The notes under the pieces were generated by a model, which had not been told where the DNA came from, made no database searches, and saw only the letters and a list, made by a program, of their open reading frames with translations. A stretch of DNA of 32,827 nucleotides from an uncultured delta proteobacterium (lineage in GTDB: Bacteria; Desulfobacterota; Desulfomonilia; UBA1062). The first letter of the stretch is position 1; each line of letters starts with the position of its first letter. Of this stretch, positions 1 to 8,956 are shown in pieces. Position numbers and translations under genes: made by a program. The DNA lies in the NCBI GenBank assembly GCA_963798485.1, contig CAWCTR010000025.1, positions 1-32,827 on the forward strand. The letters are read 5' to 3'.

Positions 1-703
1 CGAACCCGCCTCCGCCAAAGCTGCCGAACCCCCCTGAACCCCCGCGTCCGCCTCCCCAGGAGGGTACCAAGGAGAATTGCCTGAAGGAGGCCCCCGGAAC
101 GGGAGCGGGGCAGCCAAAGAGCAGGATGATTACGAATATGATAACACCGAGAAAGGCGCCTATGGGAGAGCCATGGGGGCGTCTGCCTGATTGCCTCACC
201 TCCGGTAATCCGCTGAGCTTTATGCCCTGGGCATCTGCAATGGTGAGTGCGATCACAGAGGTCGCGTCCATCACCCCCTTGGTATAATCGCCGGCCTTGA
301 ATGCCGGGACAAGGTATGATCTGCCGATGCTCCCCAGCATGCTGTCTGGCAGAATCTGCTCCATGCCATACCCGGTCTCGAACCGGTACTTCCTGTCCTT
401 GACTGCGATGAGCATGAGCAGGCCGTTGTCCTTGCCCTTCCGGCCCAGCCCCCATTTCTCCGCCTGCTGGAGGCTGTACTGCTCAATGGGAATACCTTCC
501 GTACTTGGTACGGTAAGGATGATCATCTGAACGGTCGTCTTCTGCTCGAGCTCCTGCAGTAACCCGGCCAGCCTGCTTCTGGCCCCCTCTTCGATGACGC
601 CGGCATTGTCTACTACATAGGAGGCCGGCTGGCCTTCTGAGGCAAGGACACCCAGGGGAAAGAGCATGCATACAAGGAGAAGGAGCTTAAACCGCCATTG
701 CAT
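1..703 (-). CDS. TPM-domain (YgcG-family) membrane protein, 3' end outside window
   Basis: Not in the ORF track; translated by hand from ATG at 703: MQWRFKLLLLVCMLFPLGVLASEGQPASYVVDNAGVI...LEQKTTVQMIILTVPSTEGIPIEQYS...AEKWGLGRKGKDNGLLMLIAVKDRKYRFETGYGME...TM helix...GGGRGGSGGFGSFGGGGF. Signal peptide, TPM motifs and Gly-rich tail; start overlaps the end of the upstream gene. Confidence 0.92.
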   Translation of the reverse strand, partial: MQWRFKLLLLVCMLFPLGVLASEGQPASYVVDNAGVIEEGARSRLAGLLQELEQKTTVQMIILTVPSTEGIPIEQYSLQQAEKWGLGRKGKDNGLLMLIAVKDRKYRFETGYGMEQILPDSMLGSIGRSYLVPAFKAGDYTKGVMDATSVIALTIADAQGIKLSGLPEVRQSGRRPHGSPIGAFLGVIIFVIILLFGCPAPVPGASFRQFSLVPSWGGGRGGSGGFGSFGGGGF

Positions 704-1439
704 CTGTGGCCACACTAAGGTCATTGGTAATCCTATAGACCTCTTTGAAAAGGCCCATTATCTGATCGCGATTGAGGAAAAATTTCTTGCCGGCCTTCAA
801 TGCAGCAATCTCTCCAAGGCTGGACAGAGGAATGTGATATACAGCCTCTGCCTCCATCAACACATCCGCCTTTCTTGCTGGAGGCTCCTTTGGGGCCTGG
901 ACAAGGAACAGCATGGACCTCAGTAATGCGAAGAATCCGGGCAGGGCCTCCAGGAGCAGCGCCCTGACCATTCTTGTCCTGCCCCCGCAGGAGACATAGC
1001 CGCGTTGCAGGTGGATGAGCTTAGCCTTGAGGTCGCGCTCGCACTGCAGTCTTAGCTGGGCCTTATCGATGGCGACCTTCCCGAAGTGATCTGCGCCATA
1101 AAGGGTCTTGTGAAAGAGCTTGATGTCCAGGAACTCTATGGGGAACACATCCAGAGAACGCCTTATGTACTCCTCGGTCATAATGAGCGGGCTCCTGATG
1201 CGGTTTTTTTTGAACCTGGTCATTGAGACAAGGATATCAAGTTCTCTTTGATCCGTTTGGGTAAGCACGAGCACGGAATTGATATCAGACTGACCAGGGA
1301 TGAAATCGCCCGTAATACAGCTGCCTGTCACGGATAGCGACAGGAGGCTCGATGAAAGCTTTGAGAGCAGCTCCTGGGCGAAGGGCTGTAAAACTCTTGC
1401 AGCCTCGCCGGGGATGCCTTTCAGTTCGAAATCAGCCAT
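687..1439 (-). CDS. Nucleotidyltransferase-fold protein of the type found beside TPM/LemA genes
   Basis: 250-aa ORF with pol-beta-like motif VTGSCITGDFIPGQSDINSVLV, then DVFPIEFLDIK and LRLQCERDLK; AAGGAG RBS before ATG 1439. Confidence 0.8.
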   Translation of the reverse strand: MADFELKGIPGEAARVLQPFAQELLSKLSSSLLSLSVTGSCITGDFIPGQSDINSVLVLTQTDQRELDILVSMTRFKKNRIRSPLIMTEEYIRRSLDVFPIEFLDIKLFHKTLYGADHFGKVAIDKAQLRLQCERDLKAKLIHLQRGYVSCGGRTRMVRALLLEALPGFFALLRSMLFLVQAPKEPPARKADVLMEAEAVYHIPLSSLGEIAALKAGKKFFLNRDQIMGLFKEVYRITNDLSVATDAMAV

Positions 1440-1842
1440 GGATAACTCCTTTGGTAAGGTATTGTATCACGCGGATGTATTCCATCCAAGCCTGAAGTCT
1501 CCACATGGGAAAGGGCCTCTGGCGGCATCTGAATAAATCCGTTAGCCCGGCAGTAGGATCTCAGATAAAAAAATAGCCAGAAGAAGTTTAGGTTTAAGGA
1601 CAAAGCACGAGAGGTCTTGTCCCCTCTTCTGGCGTAAAGGAGGTCAGAACAACACTTGTTGTAATTACATTTATGACACACAATGCATGCCTGGTCAATA
1701 AGAAAATGATCCATGGATCAAACTTATGTTATTTTGTATGCTTTATAATATGTCTTACAAGCAGACATAGCAAAACACTCCTTTTATATGAGGTATTCCT
1801 GATTAAACACCTATGCATATACGCTACTGATAGCGGGGCTGT

Positions 1843-4266
1843 TTAAAAGGTTTCGTTCCTCAGCCTCATGGCATTGGCAATGACGGACACCGAGCTGAAG
1901 CTCATGGCTGCTGCTGCTATCATGGGCGACATGATAATCCCGAAGAAAGGATAGAGTATCCCTGCTGCAATGGGCACACACAGGATATTATAGAAAAACG
2001 CAAAGAAGAGATTTTGTTTGATATTGCGCATGGCGGCCTTGCTCAGAAGCCGCGCCCTGGCAATGGCCCGCAAGTCTCCCTTGATAAGGGTAACATGCGC
2101 GCTGGCAATGGCGATATCCGTCCCGCCTCCCATGGCAATGCCCACGTTTGCCTGAGCAAGGGCCGGGGCGTCATTGATGCCGTCGCCGGCCATGGCGACC
2201 AGGCGGCCTTGGCCTTGTAACTTTTTTATCACATCAACCTTTTCCGCAGGCAATACCCCGGCAACGACACCACGGATGCCAAGCTTCTTGGCAATAGCCT
2301 CGGCTGCGGATTTTCTGTCGCCGGTAAGCATGACCAGGTGCAGTCCGTCATTGATAAGCATGTGAACAGCGGATTTGGAGGTTTCCTTAATGGCATCCGA
2401 AACCGCGATGACCCCTTGCGCCTTCCCGTCAACAGCAATGTACATCACGGTTGCACCCTGGCTTGAAAGCTGCTCCGCCTGTGGCTGAAGCCAGCCGGTT
2501 TCAATATGAAGGTCCTGCAGCAGGCTATCGTTTCCTAACGCGACCTCGTGGTTCTCCACAGTACCTGTTATCCCTTTCCCGGTATGTGCGGTAAAACCCG
2601 AATGAGAGACAGGTTGGATACCCCGGTTGAGGGCAGCCTGTACAATGGCCTGTGACAATGGGTGCTCGCTGCCTTTTTCGATGCTTGCTGCAAGATAGAG
2701 GAGTCTATCCTCATCGAATGCACCGCTCGGTATGATGGCATGAAGAGTGGGTCTGCCCTCGGTGAGGGTCCCTGTCTTGTCCACCACTACGGTATCCACC
2801 TTTTCAAAGGACTGGATGGCCTCGGCATCCCTGAACAGGACACCCATATGAGCGCCTTTTCCGGTGGCAACGAGGATGGACATGGGTGTCGCGAGGCCTA
2901 ACGCGCATGGGCATGCAATTATGAGCACCGACACAGCCGATACGATGGCATATGGAAGTCTGGGTTGCGGCCCATAGATCATCCATATGATGAAGGAGAT
3001 AAAAGAGACGGCAAATATCGCAGGGACAAAGTAGGAGGCCACTACATCTGCAAGCTGTTGGATAGGGGCCCTGCTCCTGCCGGCCTCGATGGTGAGTCGC
3101 ACGATCTGGGACAACAGCGTCTCGCTTCCAACCTTCTCGGCCTTCATGATAAACGAGCCGTTCCCATTCACCGTAGCCCCCACAACCTTGTTGCCAATGG
3201 CCTTTTCCACCGGGATGGGTTCGCCCGAGATCATGGATTCATCAATGGAACTTGCGCCTTCCAGGATGAGACCATCTGCTGGGACTTTCTCGCCGGGCCT
3301 CACCCGTAAAAGATCACCCGGGTGGATCATATCCAGGGGAATATCCTCTTCGTTGCCGCCCTCCCTGATGATTCGGGCGGTTTTAGGTGCGAGTTTCAAG
3401 AGCGACCTGATGGCGTCGCCTGTCCGGGACCTTGCCTTGAGCTCAAGGACCTGACCCAGGAGGACCAGGGTCACGATCATGGCGGATGCCTCAAAATATA
3501 CCCCCACTATCCCCTCTTTACCCTTGAGCGTTGCCGGGAAGAGCTCAGGGAGAAGGGTTGCAACAAGGCTATAGCCAAAGGAGACCAATACCCCCATGCC
3601 GATGAGGGTGAACATGTTAAGGTTCCTTGTTTTTATAGACATCCAGGCGCGAACAAAGAACGGCCAGCCGGCCCAGAGTACCACAGGGGTTGCTATCAGT
3701 AACTCAACCCACCCGAAGGCCTGTTCAGATGCAAAACCTTCAAAGAGATGTCCCGGCAGCATATGTCTCATGGCGGTAATCATCAGCGGGATGGTGAGCG
3801 CGAGCCCGAAAAAGAACCGCCTCTTCATATCTGTGTATTCCGGGTTTTCTTCTTCCTCCAGAGAAGGCGCCATGGGTTCCAGGGCCATGCCGCACTTGGG
3901 ACAGACGCCGGGGCCATCGGTGATGATCTCGGGGTCCATGGGGCAGGTATATTTCCCCGTTGCCGATTCCGGCATCATGACAGGCGAAAGCGCCGCAGAA
4001 AGGCTTGGATCTGCCAAGCGGTTACTATATGTCTGGGGGTCCTTTTTGAATTTCTCAAGGCACTTGGGATTGCAGAAATAATAGGCAGACCCCTTGTATT
4101 CATAAGGTATGTAGGCATCCTTGTCTGTCGTGCGCATCATGCAAACCGGATCAATATACTCTGCCTGAGCCGGTTCAGGGGAACAATGAGGACAGCCCTT
4201 GATAGAGGTCTGGATCTGAATACCTTTGTCCATAATCTTCATGGGTTTGTCCGGCGGGTTGTCCAT
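1843..4266 (-). CDS. copA: Copper-translocating P1B-type ATPase with N-terminal YHS and heavy-metal-binding domains
   Basis: DPVC...YYFCNPKC (YHS), YTCPMDPEI...[39 protein letters not shown] and MSFSSVSV motifs. Start placed at ATG 4266 (AGGAGG RBS) rather than 4296. Confidence 0.95.
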   Translation of the reverse strand: MDNPPDKPMKIMDKGIQIQTSIKGCPHCSPEPAQAEYIDPVCMMRTTDKDAYIPYEYKGSAYYFCNPKCLEKFKKDPQTYSNRLADPSLSAALSPVMMPESATGKYTCPMDPEIITDGPGVCPKCGMALEPMAPSLEEEENPEYTDMKRRFFFGLALTIPLMITAMRHMLPGHLFEGFASEQAFGWVELLIATPVVLWAGWPFFVRAWMSIKTRNLNMFTLIGMGVLVSFGYSLVATLLPELFPATLKGKEGIVGVYFEASAMIVTLVLLGQVLELKARSRTGDAIRSLLKLAPKTARIIREGGNEEDIPLDMIHPGDLLRVRPGEKVPADGLILEGASSIDESMISGEPIPVEKAIGNKVVGATVNGNGSFIMKAEKVGSETLLSQIVRLTIEAGRSRAPIQQLADVVASYFVPAIFAVSFISFIIWMIYGPQPRLPYAIVSAVSVLIIACPCALGLATPMSILVATGKGAHMGVLFRDAEAIQSFEKVDTVVVDKTGTLTEGRPTLHAIIPSGAFDEDRLLYLAASIEKGSEHPLSQAIVQAALNRGIQPVSHSGFTAHTGKGITGTVENHEVALGNDSLLQDLHIETGWLQPQAEQLSSQGATVMYIAVDGKAQGVIAVSDAIKETSKSAVHMLINDGLHLVMLTGDRKSAAEAIAKKLGIRGVVAGVLPAEKVDVIKKLQGQGRLVAMAGDGINDAPALAQANVGIAMGGGTDIAIASAHVTLIKGDLRAIARARLLSKAAMRNIKQNLFFAFFYNILCVPIAAGILYPFFGIIMSPMIAAAAMSFSSVSVIANAMRLRNETF

Positions 4267-4336
4267 TGAATGCCTCCTGCCTGGGTTTTTCCACACAAGT
4301 GTTGCTGATCTTAGATAATGCCGCAGTTAAGGGAGA

Positions 4337-6307
4337 TCAAGGGTATAATGGATCTTTACGCTCAGATGCCTTGACCGGCAATGCATCCTCGGCAAAAAGG
4401 GTTTCGGTCTTGATGATTTCCTCCATCCGGAGTTTGTCCGGAGAGAGGCTCTCCAGGAGCAACACAGGAGAAATGGTCCTGCCCTGGTTAAAGGCGAGAC
4501 GCAGCATCGTTGGATCGGAATATTCAAGATAATCAGCCACGGCCAGAGATTTGCCCTCCTTCACCACGCATGCATCAGGTGTGAGCGACAGGGTAAAAGG
4601 TCTGAGGGTCTTGTAGATAAAGGCCCGGACCTGCCTCAGCTTGCCCTCAACACAGGAGATGACGCATGACCCTGCCGGCAGGTGTGCATTGAGGCGCGTC
4701 ATGATCTCCTTGGGGTTAACGGGGTGCTTGAGTTCGATGGATACATACTCGCATTTCGAGGCGATTCCGTAGGAGGTGGGGGGGGTGGTGCTGAGTTTCA
4801 TGATGGGGCTGAAGCCCTGGGAGTAGATCGCATCGAGACCGGCCCTCCGAACGGCCCTCCTGAACATCTCCTGGAATTCCCGGGGAGAGAGAAATCGCAA
4901 CCCTTCCTCTTTGGAAATGCCGACTACATAAGAATATGCCCCATGGGCCGGCCACTCGTGAAAGAGGTGAATGGGCTCGGGTTTTTGTCTTATTATGTTG
5001 GATAGCCCTGCTGCGCAAACCCCGCACTTGTTGCAGTCCCCGTCCCTGCAGTCGAGAGTGGGTCTTGCGCTATGGGCGCGCATGCGCTCTGCGAGCAGAA
5101 AGCCTTTCTCAATGCCCATGTCGATAAAGTCCCATGGCAACGCCTGCTCTGTTTTCCTTGGCCCAAGATATGATGCCGCATCGATCCCCGCCGCAGCAAA
5201 GGCCTCGTCCCAGGCGTGCATATTCAGCGTGTCGCCCCAGCCGTCCAGATAGGCCCCGCGTCGGTGCGCCTCAAGGAGAAGGCGCGAAAGACTCACATCA
5301 CCACGGGCGAACACCCCTTCTAAAGATGACAGCCTCGAGTCATGCCATTTGAGCGTGATGCTTCTATGACGCAGTTGTTTCTGGAGGAGGTTCACCGCCA
5401 CCTGGTACTGGCCGGCCGATATCTGCCCCTCCCACTGGAAGGGAGAAAACGCCTTGGGGATAAAACAGGAGATGCTGATGGTGAGGTTGCCCCTGAAGGC
5501 CTTGGAAAGCTTGCGCGACAGCTCGCTGATGGCCTCGATATCGGCCTCTTGTTCCGTAGGGAGGCCCACCATGAAATAGAGCTTGAGCGATCTCCACCCG
5601 AGCTCCCGGATGAGCGAGGCGCTCCTGAACAGGTCTTCTTCCGTGTTGCCCTTGTTGATCACCGCCCTCAAACGCTCCGTGGCGGCCTCGGGCGCCATGG
5701 TGAACCCCGGCTTCTTGACCGATGCGATGAGGTCTGCCACGGTGCGGGTGATGCCTTCCACCCGTAAAGAGGGGATACTCACCGAGATCTCCCTGGACGG
5801 ACAATGGACCGACTCGATGAGCTCGTTTACGTAGCTCAGGTCGGTCATGGAAAGGGCCATCATGCCGACTATGTCACACCCTGTTGTTGCAAGGCCTTTT
5901 CTATAGGATTCCAGCACGGATGGATAGGAACGCTCGCGGTAGGGCCGGTATATCATACCAGCCTGGCAGAACCTGCACCCGCGTGTACATCCCCTGGCAA
6001 CCTCTACGCCGATGCGGTCGTGGACGATCCCGATATGCGGCAGCACCGGAGAGCCCGGGAAGGGATAGAGGTCCAGGTCCGGCAGCACCCGCCGGCGAGG
6101 CCGCTTGGGATTTCCGGGGAGATACACGCCTTGGATCTCGGAAAAGGCCTGGAGCCGCTCCTTACGGTTTCTCGTAGCCAGGCATATCCCGGCCATCTCC
6201 TGCACGATCTCCTCGCCGTCGCCGATCACCACAAGGTCGAGAAATGCCATAACCGGGGTGGGGTTTGCGCAGAAGGTGCCGCCTGCGATCACGATTGCGG
6301 TCGACAT
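4337..6307 (-). CDS. TIGR03960-type B12-binding radical SAM protein fused to TIGR03936/DUF2344 domain, C-terminal portion (frameshifted)
   Basis: RGCTRGCRFCQAG CxxxCxxC motif, APEAATERLRAVINK, LKLYFMVGLPTE, LPWDFID, DC...CNKCGVC, then LRFLS...YSQGFSP typical of the radical-SAM-linked domain. Confidence 0.88.
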   Translation of the reverse strand: MSTAIVIAGGTFCANPTPVMAFLDLVVIGDGEEIVQEMAGICLATRNRKERLQAFSEIQGVYLPGNPKRPRRRVLPDLDLYPFPGSPVLPHIGIVHDRIGVEVARGCTRGCRFCQAGMIYRPYRERSYPSVLESYRKGLATTGCDIVGMMALSMTDLSYVNELIESVHCPSREISVSIPSLRVEGITRTVADLIASVKKPGFTMAPEAATERLRAVINKGNTEEDLFRSASLIRELGWRSLKLYFMVGLPTEQEADIEAISELSRKLSKAFRGNLTISISCFIPKAFSPFQWEGQISAGQYQVAVNLLQKQLRHRSITLKWHDSRLSSLEGVFARGDVSLSRLLLEAHRRGAYLDGWGDTLNMHAWDEAFAAAGIDAASYLGPRKTEQALPWDFIDMGIEKGFLLAERMRAHSARPTLDCRDGDCNKCGVCAAGLSNIIRQKPEPIHLFHEWPAHGAYSYVVGISKEEGLRFLSPREFQEMFRRAVRRAGLDAIYSQGFSPIMKLSTTPPTSYGIASKCEYVSIELKHPVNPKEIMTRLNAHLPAGSCVISCVEGKLRQVRAFIYKTLRPFTLSLTPDACVVKEGKSLAVADYLEYSDPTMLRLAFNQGRTISPVLLLESLSPDKLRMEEIIKTETLFAEDALPVKASERKDPLYP

Positions 6308-6708
6308 CGCCGCGCTCGGCTGCCAAGAAGAGGGATGCCTGCCATCTTCAGCATGCCCAGCATGGTGGTAAAGGAGAGCTCATATAAAAGCGAGAACCCC
6401 ACGATATCGAACTGTGAGATGGGCCTGCCTTCTTCGAGGCTCGTTAAGGGGATACCATGCCGGATAAGCTGTTCGGCAAGGTCATGCCAGGGGGCGAAGA
6501 CACGCTGTGCCCAGATGCCGGGCATGGAATTGAGGATGTTATAGAGGATCTTGATGCCCGCGTGCGACATGCCGATCTCGTAGACATCCGGGAATGCCAG
6601 GGCAAAGCGGACCTTAACCTCATCATCCGGTTTGATGACCTGGTTGACTTCTCCCCCGATATATCTGGCAGGTTTGGTTATGGATTCAAGTAAATTGAAG
6701 ATGTTCAT
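6289..6708 (-). CDS. TIGR03960-type radical SAM protein, N-terminal portion (frameshifted)
   Basis: KPARYIGGEVN, FPDVYEIGMSHAG, RVFAPW, FDIVGFSLLYELS motifs. Likely start ATG 6708; joins the downstream ORF via indels near 6323 and 6298. Confidence 0.85.
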   Translation of the reverse strand: MNIFNLLESITKPARYIGGEVNQVIKPDDEVKVRFALAFPDVYEIGMSHAGIKILYNILNSMPGIWAQRVFAPWHDLAEQLIRHGIPLTSLEEGRPISQFDIVGFSLLYELSFTTMLGMLKMAGIPLLGSRARRCRPQS

Positions 6709-6856
6709 TATTGCCTTTGTATCCCATAGCTGAATTTTAAAGTCCTCTAGGGTAGCCACAGATATTCCCAAGAGTCAATGCTGCAATCTCGCCGGACGCA
6801 TTCATCCTTGCCTGGCCTGACGGGTCATGATAATGGGGGGAATACAGGAGAAGACA

Positions 6857-7300
6857 ATGTCAGAAGAGAAGCTCACCTTGGGGGAATATTTCAAGAGGGA
6901 ACGGGAAATCAAGGGCATCGATCTTAAAGAGATTGAGGAACGGACAAAGATCTCTGCCCAGACCCTTATATTTCTCGAGGCAGACCAGCTTGACATGCTC
7001 CCGCCCAGGACCTTTCTGAGGGGGTTCCTGCGCGTTATCAGCAAAGAGTTCCATTTCGATGAGGAGGAACTCCTGGCGCACCTGGAAGAGACACTGACAT
7101 CTCATGAGCATAAAAACAAGCAGGCAAAGGTGGTGTCATATCGCAATAAACCTACAATGCCTGTTATCCTGGTCATCATTGCGGTCGTGCTGATCGCAGT
7201 AGTCGTCTTCGCGGTGGCGCTTAAAAGATGCGGACAGGAGCCACCAGGTGACCAGAAGACCGGCAGCCTCTCCCAGGTCTATGCCTCCACATCCCTTTGA
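6857..7300 (+). CDS. RodZ-like helix-turn-helix membrane protein (HTH_25 plus one TM helix)
   Basis: LGEYFKREREIKGIDLKEIEERTKIS...LEADQLDMLPPRTFLRGFLR is RodZ-like; hydrophobic helix follows; CAGGAG RBS before ATG 6857. Confidence 0.85.
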   Translation: MSEEKLTLGEYFKREREIKGIDLKEIEERTKISAQTLIFLEADQLDMLPPRTFLRGFLRVISKEFHFDEEELLAHLEETLTSHEHKNKQAKVVSYRNKPTMPVILVIIAVVLIAVVVFAVALKRCGQEPPGDQKTGSLSQVYASTSL

Positions 7301-7368
7301 GGTTACCCTCAAGCCCCCTTTTATGAGCCGGCTGAACCTTAGCTGACGCCGCCGCAAACAGGCCAAAG

Positions 7369-8085
7369 ATGCCGCGATACACTTGTGAGGCCATCATCCT
7401 GCACACAACTGATTTTATGGAATCGGACAAGATCGTGCACGCACTCACCAGGGAACAGGGACTCATTTCCGCCATTGCCAAGGGTGCACACCGGAGCAAG
7501 AAGAGATTCCCGGGGACATTGGAGCCTTTCTGCGAGGTGACACTGGAGGTCCATCAAGGCCGCGGCCCCGACCTGCAGCGCATAGAGTCGGCATCCCTGA
7601 TCAATGCAAACCTGGGGATACGTGAGGACCTCTCCCTTATCGGCTACTCCTGTGTGCTTCTGGAGGTGGTTAAGGAGAATCTCGGGCCTTACGATCCGTC
7701 GCCTGTTACCTACGAATGCTTGCGCAAGGCCCTTTCGGTCATGGATCCCTGCAGGCAGTGGTTTCCCCTCTGGAGCATCTCCATGGTGAATATCCTGCGC
7801 TCGCTGGGGTATGGCATCGATTTTGAGTCCCTTGCCCTGGGCCTGGATCACTCAGGTAATGGCACCGGAGCAGCCAGGACCGGCCTTTCTACGGAGGCCT
7901 GCATGTTCCTGGAGAAGGGGGCTAGGCTGGAGCCTGATGTACTGGTCAGGATCAATGTGAGCCATCAGGCCAGGAAAGAGATCACCTCATACCTGTTGCG
8001 CCTGTGCTCCAAGTTCTCCGAGAGACCCCTGAAAACCGCCATGTTCCTGGCAAAGCTGCTTGACCTGGATATGAACCAATGCTAG
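7369..8085 (+). CDS. recO: DNA repair protein RecO
   Basis: EAIILH...[38 protein letters not shown]-terminal motif; conserved position before glyQ-glyS. Confidence 0.93.
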   Translation: MPRYTCEAIILHTTDFMESDKIVHALTREQGLISAIAKGAHRSKKRFPGTLEPFCEVTLEVHQGRGPDLQRIESASLINANLGIREDLSLIGYSCVLLEVVKENLGPYDPSPVTYECLRKALSVMDPCRQWFPLWSISMVNILRSLGYGIDFESLALGLDHSGNGTGAARTGLSTEACMFLEKGARLEPDVLVRINVSHQARKEITSYLLRLCSKFSERPLKTAMFLAKLLDLDMNQC

Positions 8086-8095
8086 TGGTGAGACT

Positions 8096-8956
8096 ATGGA
8101 TTTCCAGGAATTAATATTGAATTTACACGATTACTGGTCTCGGTACGGTTGCCTCATTGCCCAACCCTATGACCTTGAGGTCGGCGCCGGTACCTTCAAC
8201 CCTTCCACGTTCCTGCGGGTTCTGGGGCCGGAGCCATGGAACGTCGCCTATGTCGAGCCCAGCAGAAGGCCCACTGACGGACGCTACGGGGAAAACCCCA
8301 ACAGGCTCCAGCACTACTACCAGTATCAGGTCATCCTGAAACCGTCGCCGCTCGATGTCCAGGAGATCTACCTGGACAGCCTGAGACAACTCGGCATCGA
8401 TACCCTCGAGCACGATATCCGCTTCGTGGAGGACGACTGGGAATCCCCAACGTTAGGCGCGTGGGGTCTCGGCTGGGAGGTGTGGCTGGACGGCATGGAG
8501 ATCACCCAGTTCACCTATTTCCAGCAGGTAGGGGGATTTGACCTCGATCCGGTATGCACCGAGATCACCTATGGCTTGGAGCGCATCGCCATGTATCTCC
8601 AGAACAAGGGCTCGGTCTATGACATACAGTGGAAAGATAACTGGAACTATGGGTATGTGCACCATAAAGGCGAGGTGCAGTGGTCCAAATACAACTTCGA
8701 GCTCGCCGACGTGCAGATGCTCCTGGATCTCTTCAGGCTCTACGAGGAAGAGGGCAAGCGTATCGCCCGGCAGCGTTTATGCCTGCCGGTCTATGATATG
8801 TGCCTCAAGTGCTCGCACATCTTCAACCTGCTGAACGCCAGGGGCGCCATCAGCACCACCGAGCGCCAGTCGTATGTGCTGAGGGTCCGCGAGCTGGCGC
8901 GTTCGGCCGCCAAGTTGTACCTGGAAGACATCCAGCAAGAAGCTAAGGTGGCGTGA
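8096..8956 (+). CDS. glyQ: Glycine--tRNA ligase alpha subunit
   Basis: [78 protein letters not shown]. Confidence 0.99.
   Translation: MDFQELILNLHDYWSRYGCLIAQPYDLEVGAGTFNPSTFLRVLGPEPWNVAYVEPSRRPTDGRYGENPNRLQHYYQYQVILKPSPLDVQEIYLDSLRQLGIDTLEHDIRFVEDDWESPTLGAWGLGWEVWLDGMEITQFTYFQQVGGFDLDPVCTEITYGLERIAMYLQNKGSVYDIQWKDNWNYGYVHHKGEVQWSKYNFELADVQMLLDLFRLYEEEGKRIARQRLCLPVYDMCLKCSHIFNLLNARGAISTTERQSYVLRVRELARSAAKLYLEDIQQEAKVA

Noticed and set aside
1421-1714. 97-aa Cys-containing ORF on the minus strand
   Set aside because: No recognisable family, overlaps the NTase start, and runs through a terminator-like structure.
6289-6330. Programmed ribosomal frameshift in the radical SAM gene
   Set aside because: No slippery heptamer, and two separate indels are needed; error or mutation is simpler.
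2014-6693. Many plus-strand ORFs antisense to copA and the radical SAM gene
   Set aside because: Antisense shadows with no motifs or RBS.
7297-7360. Small hairpins between the rodZ-like gene and recO as an ncRNA
   Set aside because: Only a 6-bp stem; no recognisable RNA family features.
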